From an uncultured delta proteobacterium (lineage in GTDB: Bacteria; Desulfobacterota; Binatia; Binatales; Binataceae): 64,000 bases of DNA. The stretch covers positions 576,001-640,000 of the forward strand of contig CAWJET010000002.1 in assembly GCA_963842085.1 (NCBI GenBank). The letters are read 5' to 3'. The notes beneath the pieces were generated by a model that made no database searches, was not told where the DNA came from, and saw nothing but the letters and a program-made list of their open reading frames with translations. Each line of letters begins with the position of its first letter. The stretch's first letter is position 1. Made by a program: the position numbers and the translations under genes. This document shows positions 27,608 to 37,911 of this stretch, one piece after another.

Positions 27608-29170
27608 CTATTTTTGATTCTTCGTGGGCAGATCTTTTATCGGCGTCCCCACCCACCACACGTGACCGTACGGATCTTCGATACCTGCCGTCCGGTCGCC
27701 CCAGTCGCGGTTCTCCGCCAAGTCGATGACTTTCGCGCCAGCCTCGATCGCGCGCCTGAACACCTCGTCCACATCCGCAACGTAAATATACAGATGTACC
27801 GGCGAACCGCCGTACGAGCGCGGCGTGCGCGACAACCCATGGGTGTCATTCTGCCGCACATCCGCCGACGTGGGATCCGAAAGCATAACGGTAGTGTCGC
27901 CCATCCTGAGCATCGCATGGCTGACGACTCCGCCCGGCTCCTCCTCGCGCATCAACACGTTGGCGCCAAACACGTTCCTGTAGAATTCCACCGCGCTCGC
28001 CGCGCCCTCGATATACAGGAACGGCATGATGCTGCGTGAAACGCCGGCGCCTGCTGCATGTGGTGCCGTTGCGCCGGCGACAACGACGCGAGGATCGTCC
28101 GCGAACGAGACCTCGCTCGTCTCGATTGGCGTCCCATAGAGCATCGACACCGATTTCGCCGCGCGCTGGCGATGCCACAATCCTTGCGGACACACGAACA
28201 CCTCGCCCGCGCGCAATTTCCTGCTCACCGGCCCCTCGTCCGTCAGCACCGTCACCTCGACCTCGCCGTCAAGCGCCAGCAGCAACTCATCGCCGTCGGG
28301 ATGCCGCTCCCAGGGCGTCAGCCCCGTGTAGCTCATCACGCCCAGCGTCAGCTTCCCGATCTTCGCGACATTGTTCACGGCAGCGTCAGCGTCGTCGCCG
28401 GTCGTCTTGTCGGTGATCGTCAGGTGCGGCACCTCGCGCAGCGCCGCCCGCAGATCGCGCTCCACCAGCTGCGCGTCGCCTCGACCGCGCGAGTCTTTAC
28501 GTCCACGCCCCGCCTTCTTGGGAGTGCGCTCACTTTTGGGCCGAGGGTCTTTCGCGTCCGAGCCCTCGGTACGGCTAGGAGTCAGGTAGAACGCCGACAC
28601 GGACGGCCGCGGCGTCAGCCGATGCCACAATCCCTCCGGGCAGACAAACAACGACCCCGCGTGAATCTTCGACTTCACCGGCCCGTCATCGGTCAGGGTG
28701 ACGATCTCGGTCTCCCCGTCCATCACGTAGATCATCTCGTCGGACCCGAGATGGCGCTCCCAATGCGTCCGCCGGGTGCCGCGCGACACGACCAGAAGGT
28801 GGTCGTTCATCGAGTCGAGGAATCGCATCGACATGTCGGGCAAATCGCTCAGCGCCGCGCGCACGTCATGCACGATGAACTTCGGCTGCTCGGCCAGCTC
28901 CTCGAGCCGCTCTTCTATATCCGCAGGAGTGATCAGCGGCTTGCCGACCGCGGTGCCGCCAACTGCGGTTGATCCAAGTTCCTTCGATTGCGCAACCAGC
29001 TCCGCCTTGAGGCGGCTTTTGAAATCGGCGCGCGGCAAATCGCGCAACTCGCCCGCGATCCGCAAAATCGCCGACAGCCGCGCATCTGATGTAGGCAGCG
29101 GTGCATCCGGCTTGGCCGCAAGAGCCTCCACCGCATGGTCCAGTTGTTCGATTAGTTTCCCCTTAGCCAT
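27608..29170 (-). CDS. Fusion: helical N-terminus (putative anti-sigma), two cupin domains, VOC domain
   Basis: Two WERH..DE..G..GLWHR cupin repeats; C-terminal WGDR..DPYGHVW; ATG overlaps the end of the sigma gene. Confidence 0.82.
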   Translation of the reverse strand: MAKGKLIEQLDHAVEALAAKPDAPLPTSDARLSAILRIAGELRDLPRADFKSRLKAELVAQSKELGSTAVGGTAVGKPLITPADIEERLEELAEQPKFIVHDVRAALSDLPDMSMRFLDSMNDHLLVVSRGTRRTHWERHLGSDEMIYVMDGETEIVTLTDDGPVKSKIHAGSLFVCPEGLWHRLTPRPSVSAFYLTPSRTEGSDAKDPRPKSERTPKKAGRGRKDSRGRGDAQLVERDLRAALREVPHLTITDKTTGDDADAAVNNVAKIGKLTLGVMSYTGLTPWERHPDGDELLLALDGEVEVTVLTDEGPVSRKLRAGEVFVCPQGLWHRQRAAKSVSMLYGTPIETSEVSFADDPRVVVAGATAPHAAGAGVSRSIMPFLYIEGAASAVEFYRNVFGANVLMREEEPGGVVSHAMLRMGDTTVMLSDPTSADVRQNDTHGLSRTPRSYGGSPVHLYIYVADVDEVFRRAIEAGAKVIDLAENRDWGDRTAGIEDPYGHVWWVGTPIKDLPTKNQK

Positions 29171-29840
29171 TCGTATCACCCAACCGCACCCGCAAGTTCT
29201 GCATGGCGCGGAATTGAAGCTGCTTGATACTGCCCTCCGTGCGTCCGAGCGCGGCCGCGATTTCCCGAATCGATTTATCCTCCGCGAACCGCATCGCGAT
29301 CACCCGCGATTGATCCCGCGGCAACCCCTCGACCAGCTTGAACAACCGCGCCCGCCGCTCAGCTTCCTCGAAGCTGGCCGTGACCCCGGCATCGTCATCT
29401 CTCTCCTGAAAGACGCCCTCGCGCTCATGCGTGCGGCGCTTGGCGATGCTTTTCGATCGATCGGCTATTTCATTCGATGCGATCCTGAACAGCCAGGCCG
29501 CAAAAGGCACGCCCCGCCATTCAAATCGCGGCAAATTTTTCAGTGCGAGATGAAAAACATCGGCGGTCAGATCCTGCGCCTCGTCGCGATCCCGCACCCG
29601 CCGCGCAACAAAAGCATAAACCCGCTCGAAATTGGCCTCGTACAAATCAGCAAACCGGTTACGATCCCGCTGCGCCGCCTCGACAAGCGTCCGCTCGGCC
29701 ATCTCGCCGCTGTCGGCGTCGGCCCCAACCTTGGATACCGCCCGCGCCTTCAATCCGCCCTCCTCGCTGTCGCGAGCGCTGCTGTGAAGATGTTCGCGTG
29801 CAGCTTTGCGCGCAGGCAGTGATGCAGCCCGTCCAGACAC
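29163..29840 (-). CDS. ECF sigma-70 factor
   Basis: DEAQDLTADVF, FAAWLFRIASNEI (region 2); LPRDQ..SIREIAAALGRTEGSIKQLQFRA (region 4). Confidence 0.92.
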   Translation of the reverse strand: MSGRAASLPARKAAREHLHSSARDSEEGGLKARAVSKVGADADSGEMAERTLVEAAQRDRNRFADLYEANFERVYAFVARRVRDRDEAQDLTADVFHLALKNLPRFEWRGVPFAAWLFRIASNEIADRSKSIAKRRTHEREGVFQERDDDAGVTASFEEAERRARLFKLVEGLPRDQSRVIAMRFAEDKSIREIAAALGRTEGSIKQLQFRAMQNLRVRLGDTNG

Positions 29841-29857
29841 ATCGGCCTCTATTTATA

Positions 29858-29885
29858 AGAACCCGCAACGTTCCGAAAAGGTTAC
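29858..29885 (-). promoter_or_regulatory. Putative autoregulatory ECF promoter GTAAC-N17-GGTTCT
   Basis: Minus strand GTAACcttttcggaacgttgcgGGTTCT directly upstream of the ECF RBS (GAGG). Confidence 0.55.
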
Positions 29886-30061
29886 GCTCTCGCACGTCGC
29901 GAGGACTGCTCACTATCCGCCGCATTTACCCCATCCCAGCTCGCCCGGGCTCGGCGTCGACACCGGTCTATTAGGCAGGCCAAATCCAACACCGGTTCAA
30001 GACCGATGCAATCCAATTGCTGCGTTGCCAACGCGGACCTGCCGACCTACGATCGTTCTCG

Positions 30062-30583
30062 ATGCTTGTCGATGCGCTCCTGTTCGCGGCCGGGCTGTTC
30101 GCGTGGACGCTGGTCGAGTACGTCATCCATGGCGTGCTCGGCCATGCGCATCGCACCTTCGTGACGCCGCTGCATGACGTGCATCATCGCGACCCGCGCG
30201 CGGTGTTTGCGCTCGGCGCGTGGATTCCGGTGGCGCTCGTACTGGTTGGCGCGCTCGTCTCGTTTGGTTTGGCGCCTGCGGTGATCCTCTATTGCGGAGT
30301 CGTGGCTGGCTTCGCCGCGTATGAGTTCGTGCATTACCGGATTCATTTCGCCAATCCGTCGTGCGCGGTCGAGGCGCGGTTGCGGGCGCGCCATCTCGCG
30401 CATCATACCAGGGAGCCGGACGCCATTTTCGGGGTGACGACACGACTCTGGGACGTGATGTTCGGCAGCGAGCCGGGGCCGGAGCGGATGCGCGAGCTGG
30501 CGGCGGCGGGCGCGCGACTCGCGCCGCTTGCGGGTTCGACCAATCTTGGCCGGGTGATCCGCAGTCGCATCGCTGCATCGTGA
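30062..30583 (+). CDS. Fatty acid hydroxylase/sterol desaturase family protein
   Basis: His boxes EYVIHGVLGH, HDVHH, HYRIH, HLAHH; FGVT..WD..FG. Confidence 0.88.
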   Translation: MLVDALLFAAGLFAWTLVEYVIHGVLGHAHRTFVTPLHDVHHRDPRAVFALGAWIPVALVLVGALVSFGLAPAVILYCGVVAGFAAYEFVHYRIHFANPSCAVEARLRARHLAHHTREPDAIFGVTTRLWDVMFGSEPGPERMRELAAAGARLAPLAGSTNLGRVIRSRIAAS

Positions 30584-30598
30584 TTCCCGCGAACCATG

Positions 30599-30624
30599 TT
30601 GACTCATAGCTCAAGTCGAGCTAT
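30599..30624 (+). promoter_or_regulatory. TTGACT -35-like hexamer followed by palindrome ATAGCTC-N5-GAGCTAT (candidate PadR operator)
   Basis: Perfect 7-bp inverted repeat at 30606-30624, upstream of the padR-ABC operon. Confidence 0.5.
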
Positions 30625-30751
30625 TGGCTCGATAGGTATGCTTGAGGTGCCGACAGTATCAGAACTTAACGGAACGCGAAGCTATCGCCCCGGCGCGCAG
30701 TTGTTTCCGGCCAGGTCGGCATTTTTGGAATTCAACAAGACGCCGCCGCGG

Positions 30752-31330
30752 ATGGACGTCAAGTTCCCGATCCTGGGGTTCCTGATGGAGGCGGAGGCTA
30801 CCGGCTACGACCTGAAGCAGCGGTTCCAGGACCCGGTCGGATTTTTCTACCGGGTCAGCGACGGCTCGATTTATCCGGCTCTCAAGAAGCTCGCGGGCGA
30901 CGGGCTGGTCAAGCTGCGGACGGAGCGCCGCGGCCGGCGCGCGCGGAAGATTTATGCGATCACGCCGCGCGGGCGCGCCTATTTTATGCGGATGCTGCGC
31001 GAGCCCGCGCAGCCGCTGTTCGTGTTCGACGAGTCGCAGGTGAAGATCTATTTCGCCGACCGCGAGCCGGAAATCGCGCTCGAGCATATGGAGCGCTCGC
31101 GCCGCGACGATGAAGCGCGCACCGCGATCCTGGCCGCGATGGTGGCCGAGATGCGCCGCGCCGGCGCGAGCCCGGTGCGAACCGCGGTGATCGAGCTCGG
31201 GCGCGCGATCACGGAGGCCAAGGCGCGCGCGCTGGCAAGGCTTTGCTCGCAACTGAGGCGTGAAATACAAATGAAACGACGCGCTACATCGCGGCTCAAA
31301 CAATCCCGCTTTGCCGCGGCGGGGAAGTGA
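30752..31330 (+). CDS. PadR family transcriptional regulator
   Basis: [30 protein letters not shown]; start set to ATG 30752. Confidence 0.9.
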   Translation: MDVKFPILGFLMEAEATGYDLKQRFQDPVGFFYRVSDGSIYPALKKLAGDGLVKLRTERRGRRARKIYAITPRGRAYFMRMLREPAQPLFVFDESQVKIYFADREPEIALEHMERSRRDDEARTAILAAMVAEMRRAGASPVRTAVIELGRAITEAKARALARLCSQLRREIQMKRRATSRLKQSRFAAAGK

Positions 31331-31361
31331 CCCGAGATCGGGTCCAAAGGGCAGGACGGTC

Positions 31362-32090
31362 ATGGATGAAAAGTTCGCAATCGATCTCGAACATGTGACC
31401 CGAATCTATAAGCGCGACGAGTTCGAGGTCCGCGCGCTCGACGATGTCACGGTGCAGATCCCGGCCGGACGCTTCGTGGCGATCATGGGGCCGTCGGGCT
31501 CGGGCAAGACCACGATGCTCAACCTGATCGCGGGAATCGATCACGCAACCACCGGCCGCGTGGCGGTCGGCGGCGAGGAAATCACCGGGATGAAGGAGCG
31601 CGAACTGGCGGGCTGGCGCGCACGCCACATCGGGCTGGTGTTCCAGTTCTACAACCTGATCCCGGTGCTGACGGCGTTCGAGAACGTCGAGTTGCCGCTG
31701 CTGCTCACGAGTCTCAGCAAGGCCGAGCGCCGCGAGCATGTCGAGACGGCACTCAGGGTAGTGGGTCTGGCGGACAGGATGGACCACTATCCGCGCCAGT
31801 TGTCGGGCGGGCAGGAGCAGCGGGTTGCGATTGCGCGCGCCATCGTGGCCGATCCGACCATCATTGTTGCCGACGAGCCGACCGGAGATCTCGATGCGAA
31901 GTCGGCTGAGGAAATTTTGGGCTTGCTGGTCGATATGAATCGGCAGTTTCAGAAGACGATCGTTATGGTCACGCACGACCCGCGCGCCGAGCGATATGTC
32001 GATACGGTTTATCGGCTCGACAAGGGCGTGCTGGCTGGAGTCGAGCCGGGCAAGAGAGGAGCGAAGGCGGAAGCGGTCGCGCATGGGTGA
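31362..32090 (+). CDS. ABC transporter ATP-binding protein (LolD/MacB type)
   Basis: [29 protein letters not shown]. Confidence 0.93.
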   Translation: MDEKFAIDLEHVTRIYKRDEFEVRALDDVTVQIPAGRFVAIMGPSGSGKTTMLNLIAGIDHATTGRVAVGGEEITGMKERELAGWRARHIGLVFQFYNLIPVLTAFENVELPLLLTSLSKAERREHVETALRVVGLADRMDHYPRQLSGGQEQRVAIARAIVADPTIIVADEPTGDLDAKSAEEILGLLVDMNRQFQKTIVMVTHDPRAERYVDTVYRLDKGVLAGVEPGKRGAKAEAVAHG

Positions 32091-32104
32091 GTCGCGCTCT
32101 GCAA

Positions 32105-32141
32105 CCTAACCCCTAACCCTTTCCCAGGTGGGAAGGGGAAC
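32105..32141 (+). repeat. REP-like palindromic element inside the ABC operon
   Basis: CCTAACCCCTAACCCTTTCCC-AGGT-GGGAAGGGG; same family as 26950-26980. Confidence 0.65.
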
Positions 32142-32157
32142 AGGTCCGGGAGTTCGC

Positions 32158-33297
32158 ATGAAGTACACGGCGCTGGTTTTTAAGAATCTGGTGCGGAGCA
32201 AAAGGCGGACTTTTTTGACCGTGCTGTCGATTGCCGTCTCGCTGTTTATTTTTTCGGCGTTGGTAAGTATCCCCACCGTGGCCAATGAGATACTTGGCAA
32301 CTCGGCGTCGTCGACGCGGGTTGCGACTCATAACAAGGCCGGGCTGGCCTATCCGATTCCTGAGGCCTACAAGCAGCGAATCCTGAGCGTCCCGCATGTC
32401 GAGGTGGTGGTGCCGGAGAGCTGGTTCGGGGGCGTGTATCACGAGGTCTACGATCAGTTTCCGAACCTGGCGGCCGATCCCGAAGAGGTCGATAAGATGT
32501 GGCCCGATTGGGGAATCAGCCCCGAGCAGTTCGCGCAGTTCAAGAAAATCCGCACCGCGTGCCTGGTCGGCGCCGATACGATGAAGCGGTTCCATCTGCA
32601 CGTCGGGCAGCAGATCCAGCTGCGCGGGACGCTCTACCCCTTCAATGTGACGCTGACTATCGTCGGCACCATCGGCGGCAAAGCGCCGCCCAGCTTCCTG
32701 CTGTTCCGGCGCGACTACCTGGAGGAGGCGGCCGGCCGCCCCGGCATGGTCGATAACATCTGGGTCAAGGTCGACAAGCCGGAGAACGTGCCGCAGGTGA
32801 TCGCGGCGATTGACGAAGGGTTTGCCAACTCGTCGGCGGAGACCTTGTCGGAGTCGGAGGCTTCGTTTATCGGCGGTTTCATGGAGCAGTACCGCACGTT
32901 TTTCAGGATGGCGGAGCTGCTGGGATTTATCGTGGTGCTGACGATCGGACTGGTGGCGGCCAACACGGCGGCGATGTCGATCCGCGAGCGGCGCGGCGAG
33001 ATTGCGGTGATGCGCTCGCTGGGATTTCCCGCGCGCACGATCCTGTCGCTGCTGCTGGCCGAGTCGATCCTCATCGGCCTGATTGGAGGAATTATCGGAT
33101 GCGGGTCGGCGTATGTCGTGCTCAAGATTTTCTCGGTTGGCAACGTCGGCGGACCGCTGGGAACGATCCGGATGCCGCCGGTGATACTGGCCGAGACCCT
33201 GGTGATAGCCGTGTTGATTGGACTGTTCAGCGCGATGGTGCCGGCCAGCTCGGCGGCGCGGCGCAGTATCGTTGACGCGCTAAGGACGGTTGCCTGA
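32158..33297 (+). CDS. ABC transporter permease (MacB/FtsX type)
   Basis: KNLVRSKRRT, ERRGEIAVMRSLGF, 4-TM topology. Confidence 0.9.
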   Translation: MKYTALVFKNLVRSKRRTFLTVLSIAVSLFIFSALVSIPTVANEILGNSASSTRVATHNKAGLAYPIPEAYKQRILSVPHVEVVVPESWFGGVYHEVYDQFPNLAADPEEVDKMWPDWGISPEQFAQFKKIRTACLVGADTMKRFHLHVGQQIQLRGTLYPFNVTLTIVGTIGGKAPPSFLLFRRDYLEEAAGRPGMVDNIWVKVDKPENVPQVIAAIDEGFANSSAETLSESEASFIGGFMEQYRTFFRMAELLGFIVVLTIGLVAANTAAMSIRERRGEIAVMRSLGFPARTILSLLLAESILIGLIGGIIGCGSAYVVLKIFSVGNVGGPLGTIRMPPVILAETLVIAVLIGLFSAMVPASSAARRSIVDALRTVA

Positions 33298-33298
33298 G

Positions 33299-34462
33299 AT
33301 GGCGATTCCGCTGAAGTACAACGTGCGCTCGCTCCTGGTGCGGCGCGTCTCGACCGCGATGACCGGCGGCGGTATCGCGCTGGTGGTGTGCGTGTTCGTG
33401 ATCGTAATGGCGCTGGTGGCGGGATTGAACTCGGCTATTTCCGACACTGGCGACCCCGACAACATTATCGTGCTGCGTAAGGGCGCGACCACCGAGACCT
33501 ACTCAGCAATCCAGCTCGATCAGTTCGACGCGCTGAAGTTCCTGCCGCAGATCAGGCGCGAGCCCGACGGCGAGGTCGACGCTTCGCCGGAACTGCCGGT
33601 GCAGGCGCTGATGGAACGTATCGGCGGCGGGCGCGACAATATCGTGGTGCGCGGAGTGCTGCCGATCGCGCTCAAGGTCCATCCAAAGGTAAAGATTATC
33701 GAGGGCCGGATGTTCAACCCGTCGGTCAACGAAGTGATCGTCGGCAAGGGCCTGCAGGGGCATTACGCCAACATGCAGCTCGGCTCGACCCTTCACTTCG
33801 GGCGCGGCGACTGGAAGGTGGTGGGGATAATGGCGGCCGACGGCGGCTCGTTCGAGTCCGAGGTCTGGGGTGATATCCATAACGTGCAGGACGACGCGCA
33901 GCGGGGCGCATACTACGCCGACGTGCGCCTGAAGCTGGCGCCCGGGGCGGACGCCGACGCGCTGATCAGGCGGATAGCGGACGACCCGCGAATCAACCTG
34001 CAAGCGGAAACGGAGACCGACTACTACAAGGACCAGGCGGTGGTCGCCAACCAGATGCGGGTGCTGGGGATGATCGTCGCGGTGATCATGGCGGTGGGCG
34101 CGATTTTCGGCGCGATGAACACGATGTACGCGGCGGTCTCGTCGCGGACGACCGAGATCGGCACGCTGCGCGCGCTCGGTTTCGCGCCGATGGCGGTGAT
34201 GACGTCGTTCCTGCTGGAGTCGCTGGTGCTGGCGGTCGCGGCGGGCGCGATTGGGATCGTACTGGCGATGCCGATCAACGGACTGTCCACGACCTTTGGC
34301 AACTTCGTGACGTTCTCGACGCTGGCGTTCAGCTTCCGCGTGACGTTTGCGATCGTGATCGAGGCGCTGATTTTCGCCGCCGTGATGGGTGTGGTCGGGG
34401 GCTGGCTGCCGGCGCGGCAGGCGATGAAAATGTCGGTCGTCGATGCGCTGAGGAGCGTGTGA
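33299..34462 (+). CDS. ABC transporter permease (MacB/FtsX type)
   Basis: NTMYAAVSSRTTEIGTLRALGF. Confidence 0.9.
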   Translation: MAIPLKYNVRSLLVRRVSTAMTGGGIALVVCVFVIVMALVAGLNSAISDTGDPDNIIVLRKGATTETYSAIQLDQFDALKFLPQIRREPDGEVDASPELPVQALMERIGGGRDNIVVRGVLPIALKVHPKVKIIEGRMFNPSVNEVIVGKGLQGHYANMQLGSTLHFGRGDWKVVGIMAADGGSFESEVWGDIHNVQDDAQRGAYYADVRLKLAPGADADALIRRIADDPRINLQAETETDYYKDQAVVANQMRVLGMIVAVIMAVGAIFGAMNTMYAAVSSRTTEIGTLRALGFAPMAVMTSFLLESLVLAVAAGAIGIVLAMPINGLSTTFGNFVTFSTLAFSFRVTFAIVIEALIFAAVMGVVGGWLPARQAMKMSVVDALRSV

Positions 34463-35673
34463 CCTTGTCCACCGAAGCGCCCAAGGGACCGAATATCCGC
34501 GAGCTCGAGTCGCTCCGGATTGCGCGCGCGGCGCAGCCCAAGAAGCCGAGCCGGCTTATCCCGGCTGCGATCACCCTTGGGATTCTGGCCGTGGTCGGCG
34601 CGGCGGGATACGTGGTCTATCAGCGGACGCTCGGCCGTCCGCCCGAAGTGCAGACTGCGTTTGTCACGGTGAAACAGGCGGGACAGGCGGGAACGGTGTT
34701 GACCGGCAGCGGCTATATCGTCACGGACCACAAGTATATCGTGATCGGCACCAAGATTCTCGGCCAGATAGTCGAAGAGCCGATCGAGGAAGGGCAGCGG
34801 GTCAAGAAGGGCGACCTGCTGGCGCGAATCGACGATCGCGACTACCAGGCGCAACTGAAGCAGGCCTACGCGGATCGCGACCTGGCGGCGGCCAACCTGG
34901 TGCTGAAGAAGGCGCGCGCGGAGCGCCTGCGCGCGCTCTACCAGCAGGGCGTTGAATCGAAGGACTCGCTCGACGACGCCGAGAATCAGCTCGCGGTGGC
35001 GGAGGCGGATCTCAAGAAGTCCGACGGCGAGATCGAATTCGCGAAGTTCAACGTGAGCCAGACCGTGATCACGTCGCCAATCAACGGCGTGGTGCTGCAG
35101 AAGTATCGCGAACTGGGCGACACGATAAACTACGGCGGTGAAATCCAGGCCGGCGGCGGCGCCACTGATATCGCGCAGCTCGCGGACTTGAGCGACCTCC
35201 GCTGCGAGGTCGATATCAACGAAAGCGATATCGCCAAGGTCAACATGGGAACGCCGGCAACCGTGATCCTTGACGCGTACCCCGATGATCCGTTTCCCGC
35301 GCAGGTGGTGAAGATTTATCCGGAGGCCGACCGCCAGAAAGGCACGGTGAAAGTCGAGGTCCGGATCCTGCAGCCGGATCTCAAAGTTATCAAGCCGGAA
35401 ATGAGCGCCAAGGTCACCTTCCAGTCGATCTTGACGCAGACCGCCGCAGCGCCGATGGTGCTGGTGCCGAAGAAAGCGATCGTTACCGAAGGCAGCGCCA
35501 GCTCGGTGTGGGTCGTGCGCGGCGACACTGCGCATCTGATGCCAGTGGTGATCGGGCGCGAGTTCCAGGAAGGCGTCGAAGTGAAGCAGGGACTGAGCGG
35601 CGGCGAGATGGTGATCGTGGTGCCGCCCGCGACGATCAGGGACGGGCAGGAAGTTACGCCGGTCGCGTCTTAG
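34459..35673 (+). CDS. Efflux periplasmic adaptor (MFP/HlyD family)
   Basis: N-terminal TM, EEGQRVKKGDLLARID lipoyl half, coiled coil, ITSPING. Confidence 0.9.
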   Translation: MTLSTEAPKGPNIRELESLRIARAAQPKKPSRLIPAAITLGILAVVGAAGYVVYQRTLGRPPEVQTAFVTVKQAGQAGTVLTGSGYIVTDHKYIVIGTKILGQIVEEPIEEGQRVKKGDLLARIDDRDYQAQLKQAYADRDLAAANLVLKKARAERLRALYQQGVESKDSLDDAENQLAVAEADLKKSDGEIEFAKFNVSQTVITSPINGVVLQKYRELGDTINYGGEIQAGGGATDIAQLADLSDLRCEVDINESDIAKVNMGTPATVILDAYPDDPFPAQVVKIYPEADRQKGTVKVEVRILQPDLKVIKPEMSAKVTFQSILTQTAAAPMVLVPKKAIVTEGSASSVWVVRGDTAHLMPVVIGREFQEGVEVKQGLSGGEMVIVVPPATIRDGQEVTPVAS

Positions 35674-35693
35674 GGCTAAGGGTAAATCACGTT

Positions 35694-36422
35694 ATGGCGG
35701 AGACCTTCGTATTGGTGCATGGCGCCTGGCATGGCGGATGGTGCTGGGCGGCGGTAATCAATCAACTCGAGAAATTGGGCGACACCGCTTACGCGGTCGA
35801 TTTGCCGGGGCATGGAATGAACCGGGCGGATCGCTCGAAGGTTACACTCGACAGCTACGTCAATAGCGTCGTGGAGTTTATCGAGCGGCACGACCTGAAA
35901 AGCGTCGTGCTCGCCGGGCATAGTCTTGGCGGGCTCACGATACCCGGCGTCGCGGCGACGATTCCGTCGCGGATGAAGCGCGTGGTCTGGGTCACGGCGC
36001 TGGTGCCGCTCGACGGGCAGTCAATCGTGGACCCGGCGACGTCGCCGCTGGCGGCGGCGGCAGACACCGTGGCGGATCGATCGATTGCGATAGAGATGAT
36101 GGGCAAGGAATTTCTCGACGGGCTTACCAACGACATGGCGACGGCGGTGAAGGAATACGTCCTGTCGGCGCTGGGTCCGCAGCCGATCGCACCCCTGCTC
36201 GGGCCGGTTGCGATGGCGCCCTACTTCGCTACCGGAATTCCGAGCAGCTATGTCGTTTGCGAAGACGACCAGACACCGGTCGCGGGCGCGCCGAACTGGC
36301 ATCCGCACTTTTCGAGCCGGCTCAGGAATCCAACGCTCAAGTTCGTGAAGAGCGGGCATGAGGTGATGTTTACGCATCCGGTGGAATGCGCGCTGGCACT
36401 GCACGAGTTGGCGGTGGAGTAG
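35694..36422 (+). CDS. Alpha/beta hydrolase (methylesterase-like)
   Basis: LVHGAWHGGWCW, DLPGHG, GHSLGG, SGHEVM. Confidence 0.9.
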   Translation: MAETFVLVHGAWHGGWCWAAVINQLEKLGDTAYAVDLPGHGMNRADRSKVTLDSYVNSVVEFIERHDLKSVVLAGHSLGGLTIPGVAATIPSRMKRVVWVTALVPLDGQSIVDPATSPLAAAADTVADRSIAIEMMGKEFLDGLTNDMATAVKEYVLSALGPQPIAPLLGPVAMAPYFATGIPSSYVVCEDDQTPVAGAPNWHPHFSSRLRNPTLKFVKSGHEVMFTHPVECALALHELAVE

Positions 36423-36435
36423 CTTCGCTCTCTTA

Positions 36436-36604
36436 TCATTCTGAGCGAAAGCTGCTGTAGCGAAGAGTCTCGACGGACGCTCCCTCCCGGTGTCTGCAAA
36501 GGACGCGCTAAGGCGCATCGCAGAACCGGAACCGGCTTCGCTGGCGCGAAGCGATCCGAGATCCTTCCACTCCGCTCGCATCGCTCGCTTTGGTCAGGAT
36601 GACA
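36436..36604. repeat. REP/MITE-like inverted-repeat element (TCATTCTGAGCGAA...GAAGAGTCTC / GAGATCCTTC...TCAGGATGACA)
   Basis: Degenerate terminal inverted repeats filling the gap between convergent genes. Confidence 0.65.
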
Positions 36605-36623
36605 GAGGCCGCGCACGGGAAGC

Positions 36624-37772
36624 TCAGGTCGGATACCTGCTCAACAGGCCGCGGGCTATTACCAGCGCCTGGATTTCGTTGGTCCCTTCGCCGATCATCA
36701 TCAGCGGCGCGTCGCGGTAGAATCTTTCGACCGGGAAATCCGCCATGAAGCCGTAGCCGCCGAGCACGCGCATCGCGTCGAGCGATATTTTGGCGCAGGC
36801 TTCCGAGGCGAACAGTTTCGCCATCCCGGCCTCGACGTCGCTTCTTTCGTTTGCATCTTTTTTGCGCGCGGCATTCGCGACCATCAGGCGTGCGGCTTCT
36901 ACGCGCGTGCCCATGTCGGCCAGCATCAGCTGTACCGCCTGGTGTTGGCAGATGGGTTTGCCGAAGGCGGTGCGCTGTTGCGCGTAGCGGATGGCGGTTT
37001 CGAACGCGGCCTGCCCTACTCCGACCGCGCGCGCGGCGACGTTGATGCGTCCGACCTCCAGCGCGCTCATCACTTGCTTGAATCCCGCGCCCTCGACCCC
37101 ACCGATCAGATTAGCGGCGGGGACGGCTAAGTCCTCGAACAGAACTTCGCAGGTGTCGATGCCCTTGTAGCCAAGCTTGTCGAGATTGCGGCTGACGGCC
37201 GGACCGCGCTCGCTCTTCTCGACGGCGAACATGCTGATGCCGGCGTAAGCGGGCTTGGCGTGCGGATCGGTCTTCGCTGCGACGGCGAGCATCGTGCCGT
37301 GACGCGCATTCGTGATGAACATCTTGGCGCCGGCGAGGATGTAGTCGTCGCCGCGGCGGATGGCGGTGGTGCGAATCGATTGCACGTCGCTGCCGGCATG
37401 CGGCTCCGTGAGCGCGAGGCCTCCACGCTTGTCGCCGCAGGCCATCGCGGGCAGGAAATATTTTTTCTGCGCGTCGGTGCCGTGATTCGCTATGACGTAG
37501 GCCATGATGAGATGGCTGTTGATAACGCCGGCCAGGCTCATCCATCCGCGCGACAGCTCTTCCATCACGCGCGCGTACGTAGTGAAGCTCAGGCCGAGGC
37601 CGCCGAACTCGGCGGGGATGGTGGCGCCGAAAAGCCCCAGCTCGCGCATTGTGGCGACCATCGCATGCGGGTACTCGTCGCGATGCTCGAGCGCGGACGC
37701 GTTGGGGATGACGTCGCGCTCGACGAAGCGGCGGACAGCGGCGACAATCTCGCGCTCCAATACTTCATCCAT
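36624..37772 (-). CDS. Acyl-CoA dehydrogenase
   Basis: LALTEPHAGSD, GAKMFITN, KLGYKG, QQRTAFGK, LGGYG, IGEGTNEIQ. Confidence 0.93.
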   Translation of the reverse strand: MDEVLEREIVAAVRRFVERDVIPNASALEHRDEYPHAMVATMRELGLFGATIPAEFGGLGLSFTTYARVMEELSRGWMSLAGVINSHLIMAYVIANHGTDAQKKYFLPAMACGDKRGGLALTEPHAGSDVQSIRTTAIRRGDDYILAGAKMFITNARHGTMLAVAAKTDPHAKPAYAGISMFAVEKSERGPAVSRNLDKLGYKGIDTCEVLFEDLAVPAANLIGGVEGAGFKQVMSALEVGRINVAARAVGVGQAAFETAIRYAQQRTAFGKPICQHQAVQLMLADMGTRVEAARLMVANAARKKDANERSDVEAGMAKLFASEACAKISLDAMRVLGGYGFMADFPVERFYRDAPLMMIGEGTNEIQALVIARGLLSRYPT

Positions 37773-37867
37773 TGCTTTAACTCCTGAAAATGCTGCACGC
37801 GTTCACATTGGCATTCGATTTACCAGAGGAGGAAACGGCTTGCATAGCAGGCGCCGACGGCCTAGAG

Positions 37868-37888
37868 TAAGTGTCAGATTGACGCAAA
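37868..37888 (+). promoter_or_regulatory. NrtR operator (GT-N7-AC palindrome)
   Basis: TAAGTGTCAGATTGACGCAAA about 24 nt upstream of nadA; nrtR is the next gene. Confidence 0.75.
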
Positions 37889-37911
37889 GTAACCAGAGAA
37901 GAGGATTGACG

